DNA of 60,662 nt, filler included, from Hausera hauseri (GCA_046269625.1; 10 parts of 10 records of this genome joined end to end with filler, not necessarily neighbours in it); one strand, 5' to 3'; counted from the first letter of the whole stretch, positions 12,008 to 24,519 are shown. The notes: generated by a model from the sequence alone, not told the origin. Translations and numbers: made by a program.

Positions 12008-14740
12008 TTATAAAGAAAATTTAAAATCTAGTTTATTAAAAATATTATCAATAAATGCTATGGGGAATTCATTCAGAATAGCATGTTTATATAACTTATA
12101 TACATTACTTTTTATTTTATTCGAAGAACAAATCTTCATTATACGAAAAAAATAATTTAGTAATATATTTCTATAAACAGAAGTGTGCATACACGAAGAG
12201 AAATTTGTGAAGAAATTAACCTTAAAAGGAAATGAAGTTCTTTTATCATATATATTAAAATTTAAACTATTTCTATTAGATATTGTAATTTTTATGTCTA
12301 AGAAGGAAATAGAATTATTTATCATTTCGTTTTGCATAAGAACAAGTTCTTTTGGATAAGAAAATGGCAGAATTAAATTAGAATTATCTAAATGTATTAC
12401 AATAATATCATCCAAATATCTAAAAATTATCTGATTGTCATAATTTATTTTATATTCATAAAAAACAAGATATAAATCGGCAAGTATGCTTGATGCAGAA
12501 CTGCCCTGTGGAATACCATTAACCTGAAGATAAAGTTGATTATCTTGAAAGAGGTAGTTATTATATAAATTAAATTTTAGAATTTTTGGAAAGATATCTA
12601 CATTTACGTTTGATATTTTATTAATGTATGGCAAATACTCAATAAATAAATGAGTTATAACAGAGTACAGATCATTAATATTGATATTATTAAATAAGTC
12701 TTTAAAGTCATATGTATGTATGTGTGTAACATTTTTTATTGATTTAAGTTTATTTATTAATTGAAAACTATTTTTAATGATAGGAGAAGTTTTAGAGATA
12801 TGCTCATGTAGGGGTGCAAGATACCTTAAGAGTAATTTACTAGCATTATTGTTATAAGATTTACATCCTACAGTTACTGTTCTAAAAGTAATGGGATGTT
12901 TGTGAAACTTTGGTATTATGACCAAATATGGGTAATTTAGATTATCACTTTTAATATTAAGAAGTTTATGAAATGCTAATATTTTTTTATTATTTATTTC
13001 AATTTTTGTGTTTATTTTTTTAAAGATGGGATTGAGATTCAAATTTTCATTTAAATGATTTTTATAATATTTTTTACATATTATGGCATAATTATTGGGT
13101 GCTTTGTCCACATATGTTATTACAAAATTATTTTGTAAATTTTTTATAGCATTATTTAAAGTATGGTAGTTAAGATTTTTGGATTTTATAACAAAATTAG
13201 AAAGAACTGCTTTAAAAGAGTTAAAAAGCATATGTTTCCATTCCAAAAAAAGGTCAGGAATTAATCCATTATACTTAGAAATCTTAAAAATAAATTGTTC
13301 AATATCTAACAGGAATTGTAGCGCTATAGATTTTACATTGTTCTTTGATGGTAGTCTGTATTTAGTCCCAAATCCCATAAACTTTCTAAGCTGTTTATAA
13401 TTTACAATGGTTAAGTCACCAGTGATAATGTGTCCTACATCAGTATTAACATATTTTGCATAAGCAGCATCATCACAAAAACATTGATTTGTATCCTCAG
13501 AGTCTTCCTTAGCAATCACATTATAGTTGAAAATTTTACGACCTAAGGCGATAGGGTATTTGAATGTTTTACAAAAGGTATCTATTTTGGTAGGAAAATA
13601 AATTTTATTTTTATTCAAAAGATTGTTAAGGTTAATTTTGTTAAATACTGGATGTGTGAAATTAATAATAAAGTTTGTATCATAATTATTTTTGGATTTC
13701 TTAGTTGTGAATAGATTGGGTATAGATTTTAGTAATTTTACTCTAAAACAAAAAAGATCAAACATAACGTGAGAGAACTGCATGTTTAGTTTAAGATTTT
13801 GTAGAATATTGAGAATTTTAGGCATATATTTCTTTTTCATTGAAAAAATAAATTTTCTAACTTCAAGCCAGTTATAGGATTTAGAATAGTTATCATTTAA
13901 TTTCAGAATACATTTTGTTGTAGAATTTTTTGAAAAAGAATTATTTGCTTTATGTTTACCTCTTTTTAGCCTATTAGTTTTATTGTATTTAGAAAGATTA
14001 AGTTTTCCATAAATTGAGTTATAATTAGAAATGTGTGTTTTAGAATTAAATAAATTACTGGGATACACAGGTAATGGTTTATTATATATCATTTGGTTTA
14101 ACCCATACGGGTAGCAGGTATTATTTTCCAAAATTAGTTGTGATTCAAAAAATAGCCTTTCTGATGAATTAGGTTTAATATTTAAAATTTCTAATTTAAT
14201 ATTATTAAAGCCGTGTAAATGGAAGTGTTGATATTCTACATTATTGATGGAGTCCAAATATTTCAAATAGTTCTTTACATTTGATCTGTGTAGGTTGATT
14301 CTCAGATGTAGAGGGTTACTCGTTTGTCCAATATATGATAATGGACATGAAAGACAGGAAATTTTATATATACAGTTGTACACTTTACAGAAAGTATTTG
14401 GGGATTTAGATGAGATATAATTTCTAGAATTTGTAGATATAAGTTGTTTGGTATCTGCAAAAGGACAAGTTTTACAACGACTGGAATTGCATGGACTGAA
14501 GCGTAGAGCATGGTTTTGATAAGAAGAAATTGATAGGTCACTGTCTGTCGATCCAAGGGTATCCCTATCAAATATACCCTTGTACCGAGCACAAGAATTA
14601 CCATAAGATAATCCTTTTTTGCCAGGCTCGTATAATGTTTTAGACAATGCCATAAGATTAGATATGTTAATGCATAATACATAATAAAAGCAAAAATAAT
14701 ACGTATAAAATAAAAACAAAATATTATGAAGTAAAGACAT
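12008..14740 (-). mobile_element. Penelope-like retroelement ORF with N-terminal GIY-YIG endonuclease followed by RT (Naiad/Chlamys architecture), 910 aa, uninterrupted
   Basis: Order of motifs: PCNSSRCKTC, then CIYKISCLSCPLSYIGQT..L..R...H and ...E......N..YP.GLN (GIY-YIG), then DKAPNN, IPKFHK, YDFKDLF, GIPQGS, RYLDD, FLDI and YDKR (PLE RT). The true start may be MALSK at about 14653. Confidence 0.9.
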
Positions 14741-16077
14741 ATCTTGGCTATATAATATCCTAAATTTAAAATGGGTGATAAAGATAAAACAAAATACTTG
14801 ATTATAATAATAATAATAATATACACATATTTACATGTCCATGCCTAATCGTATTGATACATTGTCCTCAAAGCGAAAAAAAACCACCATAAGAATCTGA
14901 ATTGCCAGCAATATACAAGTTATAATAATAAATAATAAGATCAATTGATGTTAAATAGCGATTATGTACCAGCATATATATAAGATGAGATAAGAAGTAT
15001 ACATAACTATATTTGCGCAAAACGCAGCATATTATACGTTAGTATTAGAAATCATTATAAGATTTAATTCAAGAACAATAATATGTTGAATGATATAATA
15101 TTCTAAATAATTATTCTAAATCCTATCACTGAATTTATACAGACAAAGCCATAATATTTTTTACTGGTAATAATCTAAAGAATTAGAAATTTCATTTCTG
15201 TATGAACGTTATGGTGCAATATTAGAGAAGAGATTTTAGAGATATTACAACTTTTAAAATGGCCGTTAAAAAGGTATATATTTCATGAATCGAACCGTGC
15301 GCGTTGGTTCAATCCATGAAATACACAAAAGAAAAACCAAACTGAAAGAACTGAAATTCTAATCAAAAACAGTACAATGCGTTGTAAATTTTCCAATAAC
15401 CACAGGAATGACTGGCATAAAACGTGCAAGATCACAGTGATGACAAAGAAATTTAAGTCATAACTATTTATTTTTGAAATACATCTTTATTATATGATAA
15501 ATTTCAAGCTCCACAAAATATTCACTTTTGGTTCTCTTACAAAATATTACATTACATTTTTTTTTCTATTCTATAGCAAACATGGAATTAAATTTTACAA
15601 ACTATTTTGAGAATCTAAATCTTGAAATTAATACCTATATTCTCAAAACATGTTCATTTTGTTTTCATACACATTTTCCAAATTTCAGTACCAGAAACGT
15701 AAGCACTCATAATTAATTTACAATATCNNNNNNNNNNNNNNNNNNNNNNNNNNNNNNNNNNNNNNNNNNNNTTAATTAATTAANNNNNNNNNNNNNNNNN
15801 NNNNNNNNNNNNNNNNNNNNNNNNNNNTTTCTAAGGGCCCATTCGTGTTCCAATTTTAATGTCCTATAAATTTCCTGTAATTACGTGAAACGCTGACTGG
15901 CCGTTAGAAGTCTTGGAATCCTATTTAAGTCACGGCTCATTGCTTCGACCATTAATTTAAAGAAAGTTTCTGGTGCAGCTGGTCTATTCCTTCCTTGTAC
16001 TGTTTTCCCCATCCGTTCTTGGACTATTGGATGAGCGGCTATTTTTCTAAGTCCGGCAATATTTGCATCGGATATCC

Positions 16078-16976
16078 CTAATAGCTCAACTTTAAACGGA
16101 CTTGTTGGATATCGGTCCTTCTCATGAGTTGGTCCCTTCTTAACCCAGTCACCTCTGCATATGACTTTCTGACATGTTTTCGGGGGTTTGTGATGGTGGA
16201 ATATATTTCGGTTCCATCTCTTTCTCTAATACATATCTCGACGGGTATCCCATATCCATCTTCTCCTTTGCCGCAATTTGTTGCTAAGATTCTTATATTA
16301 TGTCCACCTTGGACTAATCTATATGATTGTTTATGTTCGTCTTTTTCTACTTTCGTCGGAGTCTGTTGAAATTCCAAAACTGGCAAACCTAAGTTGCAGT
16401 TTTTTTATAGGTCACTTCGAACATAAGTTTAACAGGAAGGACTGCTACCCTAAATTCCAAACCATAGTCGATACTTTCTAGGCCTTGTCTCTTTAATCTA
16501 AATGTACTAAATCGATACTGATGCCCTTTATTGGAATTCCATGGTTGGCCTTCTATTCTGTAGTATAGTTCCCCGTCGGCTAGGTGTATGTATACTTCTT
16601 TATTTTTATTAGTTCGTTTTGGAATCAGTTCCTTTAGTGAGTAGGCTCTGGCTTGGTCATTTTCACGCATTGCGTAGAGGTAAACGGTTCGATTTTCCTC
16701 TATTATACCGTTTAGGTTATTTGGGATCTCGGTCACTTTTGAAAATTCCATTGAAGTTTTTGCTTGGAGGGCTTCCGTTATGCGTCTGTAGATGGATTTG
16801 GTTTTGGGTATGAATACTGTCGCATGTTCCTTTAGGAAATTGTCGACGCTAATTCGACTGATCATACTTAACATTCTGAAAGAAAATACAAAATAAGGGT
16901 CAATCCTAAAACAAAGTATTGTTTTAAAAATGAACCAATTCTTTGTTTGATGGTGGAATAACCCGATCTGTAGTTG
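16078..16976 (-). CDS. In-frame extension beyond the UGA (putative readthrough domain), function unknown
   Basis: 34 stop-free codons link the TGA (16977-16979) to ORF 16389-16874. ORF 16078-16386 follows after a frameshift in an A-run. Homologous to about 38300-39172. Confidence 0.6.
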
Positions 16977-18400
16977 TCAGGTTATTCTGTCATTAATTTC
17001 ATCCTGTGGTACCATCACCCTTAACTCCCTCTCGGTAATTATATGACGCTTATTACAATAGTTTTTGGTAATCAATAGACAAAACACAATAAAAGTTATG
17101 AGAGCGAATACTGACGTTCCAATAATGGATATTAGCGACAACGTTGTCCATTTAGTCAAATTTTTCGTTTTAGCGGTAGTCGTAATCTCATCCTCCGTTT
17201 TCTTGTTGGTTAGTGGCTTTGTTAAAACAATCTCATTTAACGTCCGTACCGTAAACGTTCTACTTTGTTTGTTCTCGGCGTTCATCTGTATTATGTAGTC
17301 TGTTTTGAGTTTTAAACCAATACATTTGACTCGATGACTGCCTTTAACCAATATTAATTTCTGATTATCGTATAATGTCCGGCAGTTTATTTCTACGTCG
17401 TAGTTAAGGGTTTCCGCCACAATGAAGGTTATTTCGCACTGTTGTGGCCAACATCTTATGGGAATTGTTTCTAGCTCCTTTTGAGGTACTCCCATTGTTT
17501 GTAGGAATTTGATGGAAGTTGAAATAGTTTTATTCTTTTTCGCAGTCGTAATTCTGTTGGTTGTTGTTTCAGGGGGAATTTCCAAAATTGGATTTTCCAC
17601 TTGATAACTTCCTAAGAAAATACTTGGCCGGCTTGGTCGAACTTTATATAAGTCTAATCGAATTCTATATTTATGTCCCTGAGGCAACTTGCAGCACTTT
17701 TTCGGCCTTTCAGTGTCAGTTTGACAGTATTGTTGGTTATAAACTGCTTTGTCTTCTCTCAAGAATTGAACCGTTGTTACTCGCCCTTTAATCAACCGTC
17801 CCTTTGTGTTTATTTGGATACAATTATCTTTTAGATTGTCCATTACACTCGCTATATTTTCTTCTAACATCCGTTTCAATCGGTCGATAGACTGGAGCAT
17901 ATCTTCTAACTATATGTTGATGTAGTCTCCATACGTTTATGGTATAACTAAGTGTGAATTCAGATTTATTTCAGAGTGTACTTCATTACAGTTCGGTAAA
18001 TACGCACGGTAGATGAGGGCGTAAGAATGTTCGTACTCCACGTTGCAGCAAACTGTATCGTCTTCTGGTTCGAATTTTGCAATTAGACTCTGCTCCATTT
18101 AATATGTCTTGGAATAGTATCTGGATTTGTCCCTCATATGATGCTGGTGACCTAAACCCGACACATGGAGCTTCTGGCGAGAAATAATCTAATTTTATTG
18201 CTCGTAAAAATTTTTCGTCTTTTAGTTCTGATTTGTATTCTGTAGTTTTCTCCTTTGGAGATGAAGGCTTTAACGCGATTTTCTTGATTCCATATATATC
18301 GCTCAGCGAATTTTCATCAATCCACTATTGGGCGTTAGACTTATGCGTCGGGGCAGCAATCAACGATAAGGCTACTATTATTTGTGCATAAGATACTGGT
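16977..18400 (-). CDS. Second membrane protein downstream of integrase (signal-like segment, Cys-containing ectodomain, FN3-like motif, TM helix); partly degenerate
   Basis: The integrase frame runs into YAQIIVALSLIAAP and coding continues through 18324-17900. ORF 16977-17900 has GLKLKTDYIIQMNAEN, TM helix WTTLSLISIIGTSVFALITFIVFCLLIT and a short tail ending in TGA. Confidence 0.65.
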
Positions 18401-21400
18401 CTAGTGACAATAGACAAAGTCTTGTATTCTCGCGGTCTTAGATGGTAGTGTTTAGCTGGTCTTATATCTGTCTTAACTACTCTTTGGATTGATACGACTT
18501 CCTCTTTACCGTTTTTGTTGACATATACCGTGGTTGGCGTTGTGCGGATGATTTTATATAGTTTTCTTCCGGTACGTGTTAATTTCAAGGACGTACCCTT
18601 TTTCGCGACTGGGTAATGTATATAAACCCAATTTCCTTTTTCTAGATTATGGGGTTTGGTCTTTTTATCATATTGTTTTTTAAATTGTTCCTGGTATTTG
18701 ATTGATAATGTTTTTGCAACTTCCCAACACTTTTGTAATCTTGTCTGTCGGACTTCGGCAAAATTTTGCTTTAGATCCTCGAGGTTCTTTTTGTACGGTG
18801 TCATGCCTAGATCTGTGGGTAAGATTGCCTCTCGCTCGTACATCATAAAGAACGGTGTAAATCCCGTTGCTGGATGTGGGGTTGTATTAATTGCAAATTG
18901 TGTTCCTTCTAGGAATTCAACCCAGTCCTTTTGGTCTTTTGCCACTACTATTGATAATATTCGAATAACTGTTGCGTTCATTCGCTCGACCATTCCATTA
19001 CATTGGGGGTGGTACGCAGTAGTGGTTAAACGTTCGATTTCGAATATATTAGTGATTTCCTTGAATAATTCGCTTGTAAAGTTCCTTCCACTATCCGTTA
19101 AGATTTGTTCTGGTGGTCCGTATTTGCAGATGACTTTTCTTACCACTGCGTCTGCTAAAGTTTCCGCCTTTTGATCTACTAGTGCCACCAGTTCAACGAA
19201 ATGCGTTAGTCGGTCCAGTCATGTTAGAATGTATCTGTTATTTTTGTGAGTTTTAGGCAAAGATCCTACTATATCCATAGACATGGCTTGCATGGGCCTA
19301 TTTGGTACGTTTTTGGGTTTTAATTCTGCTACGTAGCCTTTCGTTTTCTTCTTTTTTGTCGCGCAAACTTCGCACGCTCCTACCCAATTCTTTACATCAA
19401 TATAGATACTTGGCCAGTAGTATTTATTTAATATCCTTTCCAATGTCTTCTTCCAAGACATGTGTCCAGCTAAATATGAATCATGTTCGGCCATAAGTAC
19501 TTCGATGCGCAATCCTTTTGGAATAACTATTAATCTTCTCCCCTTTCGTTCGTAATATAGGATATTATCTTGGTTCGATGCGTGATATTTATGTCCGTGC
19601 TTCTGCAAATGCTTTTTCAGTTGTCATCCTTTGGGCATTTTGCCCTTTTGTGCAAATTCAATAATTTGCTGAATAACTTTATCTTTATCTTGTTCTGCAG
19701 TGATCCTGATCGTTCTATTTAGGGTTAAGGTTCTTTGACGTTCAATTATTTGTTTGAGTTGCGTTTTCTTCGCTGTGGTAATCCCACTTGTTTTTGTCTT
19801 TAACCGTGATAATGCGTCGGCGTCGACGTGCTTATTACCTGGTTTGTATTGGAATTTGATGTTATATCGTGAGATTTCCTCGATCCAGCGGTTTAATCTA
19901 CATGTCGGGTTGTTAGCTTGTCCTCTCAATGTTGTAACCGCTTTGTGGTCGGTCACTATTATAATCTTTTGTCCATAGACATAGACATTAAAGTGTCGTA
20001 GTGTTTCCTTTACGACTAACGTTTCTAATTTGGTAACCGAGTAATTCTTTTCTGCTTTCTTTAACGAGCGTCCTCCATAAGCTATTGGGTATTTTAGTTC
20101 TTCATGTTCTCGTTTCTGAGCTAATTCATATCCTATACCTTCTTTACTTGCATCCGTTTTAATAATGAATGGTAGGTTAAAGTCCGGATATCTTAAAACT
20201 GTTTCGCTTGTCAAAATTTTCTTCATCTCGTCGAATGCTTTTTGTTACACTCCCGTCCATCTCCATTTAGTTTCTTTTTTGAGTAGGCGATATAGTGGTG
20301 CGTTAATTTCGAATTGTCTGGTGCGTAAGTAGCGTAATACCTACATAGGCCTAACCAGTGTCTTAACTCTTTTTGATTCTGCGGTTCCATACAATTGGAT
20401 ATTTTATTTAGCAGGGATTTATCTGGTTTTGATCCTCTTACTCCGACTGTGTCCGAGGTATGATACTGCGTTCTGTGCCCATTTACATTTTTTTGGATTT
20501 AGTTTCAACCCTGCTTGTTCTAGTCGCATGAATGTATCTTCAATGTATTTTAAGTGTTCTGCCTCTGTTTTTGATGCTATCATTACGTCATCCAGATATG
20601 CGAAGGTGTGGTAGAGTCCCATGAGCATCTTATTCATCATTCTAGTAAAAATAGCTGGTCCTGTGGTGATGCCAAACGGCATAACATTAAATTCGTATAC
20701 GCCATCGTGTGTTTTAAACGCTGCCTTATATCGATCTTCTTCTTCGATTTCTACTTACCAGTATCCCGATTGTAAGTCGAGAATGGTAAACCATTTTGCT
20801 CCCGATAGTCTATCTAAAGCTTCCTTTACCGACGGTAGGGGGAACGAGTCTTTCTTCATAAGCGTGTTTAATGCCAGATAATCTGTGCAAAATTGATGTT
20901 TCGTGGTTCCTTTCTTTTTAACCATAAGTATAGGTGAGTACCATGATCGGTAACGCGGTCGAATTATATCGGCCTTTAACATTCGCTGTACTTTAGTTAT
21001 CTCTGGTTTCAGTGAATGAGGTGAGTACCATTTGGGCATTTTCTATTCTTCTAGGTAGATTTTATCATTGGAGCCTGGTTTCTTCCTTAATGGGATTGTT
21101 AATCTCACGGCTTTTTCTCTACCTATGTCTTCCTCATTTTGTGCAATTATTGAACGGTGTTTGCATATTAATTCGTAAAACTTGCAATACGCCTTAGGAG
21201 AGAATTTGGTTTTGACGTGAGGTGGAAATTCTGCGCACTTATACGGTTTTTCCTCTATTGTTATTGCCGATGCTCTGCAAGTGTGACCCAGAGTAGTATT
21301 AGCATGCAATCTCACGTGGGTTGGTGCATTGTTCACTAATCTTATAGGTATGCGTCCCGTCGCTACCCTACACAGGATATTGCTAAACATGAGGTTTGTA

Positions 21401-21969
21401 TCGATATATTCCTGCGGTTCGAAATACACTGGCAGATCTCCGTCTTGACGAATTTGTGCGAAAATTATCATTTTGGTTCTAGGCGGAATATCTTCGTCTA
21501 CCGGAATCCATACTTCGCCTGGTTTCCTTTCCTTTATTACTTTTGTCCCCTTTATTGGTTCGAGTTTAATTAACTTTCCGTTATGCACGTCGATCGCTAT
21601 GCCTGGTATCTGTTTCAATATATCACAACCCAGTACTACGTCGTCTGTTAATTGGTCCATTATCGCAAATTTATGTTGCAGTGCTTGGCCCATCATACAA
21701 ATGGTTGGGGCCCACCTAAATCTTGGCTTTGATATTTGCCCAAATGCTCCTATGCTACCAGGATCCGACGATAGTGGTGGGCATAGTTGTTCTCGTACTG
21801 TGGTTGGTGTTGATTCGTATTTTATAAACGACTTTTCTGATCCTGTGTCGATCAAGGCATATACCTCCCAGCCTTCAATGTATATTTTAGCGAAGGGCCT
21901 TCCTTCTACTACTGTTCCGTAGCAATTTGACGCTGTCTTTGATTGCTTTGTAGTGGAGACTGTGTCCAT
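18325..21969 (-). pseudogene. Gypsy-type pol: protease, RT, RNase H, integrase
   Basis: Motifs ALIDTGS and VLGCDIL; FCTDYLALN, LDLQSGYW, MPFG and YLDD; KTDAS and VTDHKA; H..AGH..YWP..C..C; LTDSGRNF and YHPQCNGMVERMN. Confidence 0.95.
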
Positions 21970-22295
21970 TTATCGTTATCTCTGGCGATGAAATGATATT
22001 TTGCCTTAATGGTCTTAATTCTCCGTTTGGGTACAAATCATTATTCACCATTTCATTGGCACGACTGTCGATGAGCGGTTCTTGAGGTAGTGGACCTGGA
22101 ATCGAACGCAGTTTCGGGTTTTCCCAGATTGTTGATTTTGATTCTATGTTACGAGGTATCCTTTTCGAGTACAATATCCCGTGGTCGTTTTTTGTTAATC
22201 CTTAGTTAGTAACATTCATTTTCCGTAGTACTCCGTATTGCTTCGTTTTTTCATAAGGATCCTCATACTCGATGGGTTTGCGGTAGGTTTCGAAC

Positions 22296-24172
22296 TTATG
22301 ACGTTACTGATTTCCGGTCGCAGTCTTCATATATTGGCGCGGTCGGTGGCATGATGGGCAGTGGCGCGTTAATCACTGAGTACATCTTATGCATTTTTAT
22401 TCTGGAACCCTCTTCTTCTCTCTTAGGCTCGTCATCGTCTGAATCGTCCCCCCGAGTTATTATTTTCTTGTTTTTGCGTTTATACAGAATCGAGGGCCTC
22501 CATCGTCGTTTGCGATTATAGTATCTGACGTGGCGTTCTACATCATTTTTCCATCGATTTTGTTCATAGGCCTTAAGTATTTTTCGAAAGTGTGTGACAA
22601 TTGCAGTTAAAATTTTGCAGGAAAATCCTGTTAATGTGAATATTTCATATCCGTTGATGATGGCTTGGATTACTGTTTTAATCAATTGGACTAAAAATTA
22701 GATGGCTAGGAATCGATTCAGTTCATAAGTTCTTTGCCGTGGAAATGCTAAGAATTGCCTAAAAGCTTCTGTCTTTTGGCCTGTAAATTCCCTTATTGGC
22801 CGTGTCTCCAAACTTTTCTTCTGATAATCTTTTGATTAGATTTGTCCCGCTTAGTTTACTAGGAGCTGTAGCAGCGCCTTCATTAGGTAAACTTATCCAG
22901 TCGGTTCCACTACATCGAAACATAGGTTCACCTAAGCTCGTTTTGCATTCCTTCAGTATTGTTGGTTCAGTCGAGTTCGCCAGTAATACCATGATGAGTG
23001 GCATTGCTAATCTCGGCATATTCTCATATTCCGGTAGTTCTTGCATGCATCTTTTTTCTTCTACTTGATCGGCACGTCTCTTTCTTCGCATTCATAAGTT
23101 AGTAGGACTTATCCGGTAACTCGTCCAAAAACACCATATTACATTGGTATAATTGGTGATGCCAATTCTGGGTTGGCATAAATTAAGGCCAATTTGGTTT
23201 TCATGACTTCAGTATCTAATTTGCAGTCATTTGTTATCATTCTGGGGTATAACTCTGCTATTCTGGTCTGTCCTTTCTAATAGAAATAGTCGTCTCGATT
23301 TTTGAGGTAATCCTCGATTTGCACATCTTGTGTCTTCAAATCATACGTTTTCATGTTAATTTTGGTTTCTGCAACGAAAAACGCTTTGTAATTGGTAGCA
23401 TACATAACTACATCGCAGCGTGTTAACATATCCTTTCTAATAAACTTCAACCCATGTGCATCCGACATCAATATCGTTCGTGTAGGTTGTTCTGTTACGT
23501 CCTCCCTTGATCTAGTATTTGCGTTTATTTTGTTTGTATAACGCTTTCCGGTTGTCTCATTAAATTTTAACTCTGATTTTGATAAAATTGCAATCCCTCT
23601 TGGAAGGTGGACTCCATACTACAACTGAACTTCGAAACGTGCAAGCACCATTTTGAATGTGACACTTCTGGTTTTCGGTGAATAGTTTGGTAACACTATG
23701 GAACATCACTTTTAAGGATCTTAGCTCGGTTTTGTAAAAATCTACGACTACTATTCCTCCTTCCTGTCATTTTCCTGTGTCATAATCTGCTCCAACGCAA
23801 TAACCGGTGTGCATGTTTAGTTTTCCTACTGCCACTTTGTAGGCTCTAATTATTTTTCCTTCTTTGGCTTCTAACTCCATGCCGTCCCAAACCATTTTAG
23901 CGGTTAACCGGGCTCCTAAACACTGTTGTCTATCCACATTCATTGGAATTAAAGGTGTGGTTGGTTTGATTAATGAAGAATGCCCGTGCATATTACCACA
24001 ATGAGATACGCTGCGGGATCTTCGTATCATACATTCCGTCGCATCCATTGCGATCAATTCACGTTGTTGATATAGTATATAATTCTTTTCTACTGTCTCA
24101 AACTTATGAGGTCTTGCATCTTCACATGTTTCTAAGTCCATCAAGGAATATTTCTGACCCACCTTGAATTTG
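22296..24172 (-). pseudogene. Chuvirus-like (class III, gB-like) envelope glycoprotein
   Basis: Motifs YSLMDLETC; ECMIRRSRSVSHCGNMHGHSS; GYCVGADY; YLKNRDDY; YEC...CMQELP; KGIY; C-terminal IKTVIQAIINGYEIFTLTGFSCKILTAI. These follow the motif order of chuvirus glycoproteins. Several frameshifts and stops. Confidence 0.75.
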
Positions 24173-24519
24173 NNNNNNNNNNNNNNNNNNNNNNNNNNNN
24201 NNNNNNNNNNNNNNNNTTAATTAATTAANNNNNNNNNNNNNNNNNNNNNNNNNNNNNNNNNNNNNNNNNNNNGATGACGTTTGATATTGTTCAAAAAATC
24301 CAGGGAAAGTTTTATTGCGCATATAAACAAAATAAAAGCAAAATTGTTTTCCGTTTTGCAATTGTTGTCACGGTAATTATTCTGTTTCCCCCGCCTATTA
24401 ATTTTGTTTGCCATTAAAGATAAATTTAAAATTTAAATTAGAACTTTGTGATGATATAAATAACGTATTTAATTACGAATTCGTGAAATTTAATTCTTTT
24501 CTTAAATAAATCATGCCTA

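Larger units (their letters stand above)
15828..24172 (-). mobile_element. Envelope-bearing Ty3/Gypsy-type retroelement with unusual order glycoprotein-PR-RT-RH-IN-membrane protein-readthrough ORF; degenerate, both ends truncated
   Basis: Nearly continuous minus-strand coding sequence across the contig. See the component features. Confidence 0.8.

Noticed and set aside
16386-16410. Programmed frameshift at the A-run joining ORFs 16389-16874 and 16078-16386
   Set aside because: Not a canonical in-frame slippery heptamer and absent from the second copy; probably a homopolymer indel.
16977-16979. UGA as a selenocysteine codon
   Set aside because: No SECIS could be identified, and the CARYYA context explains the conservation better. 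Not formally excluded.
23074-23091. Apparent furin site RRKRR at the start of ORF 22759-23091
   Set aside because: The homologous glycoprotein reading (YECEERDVPI...CMQELP) is in another frame at this point, so RRKRR is probably a frameshift artefact.
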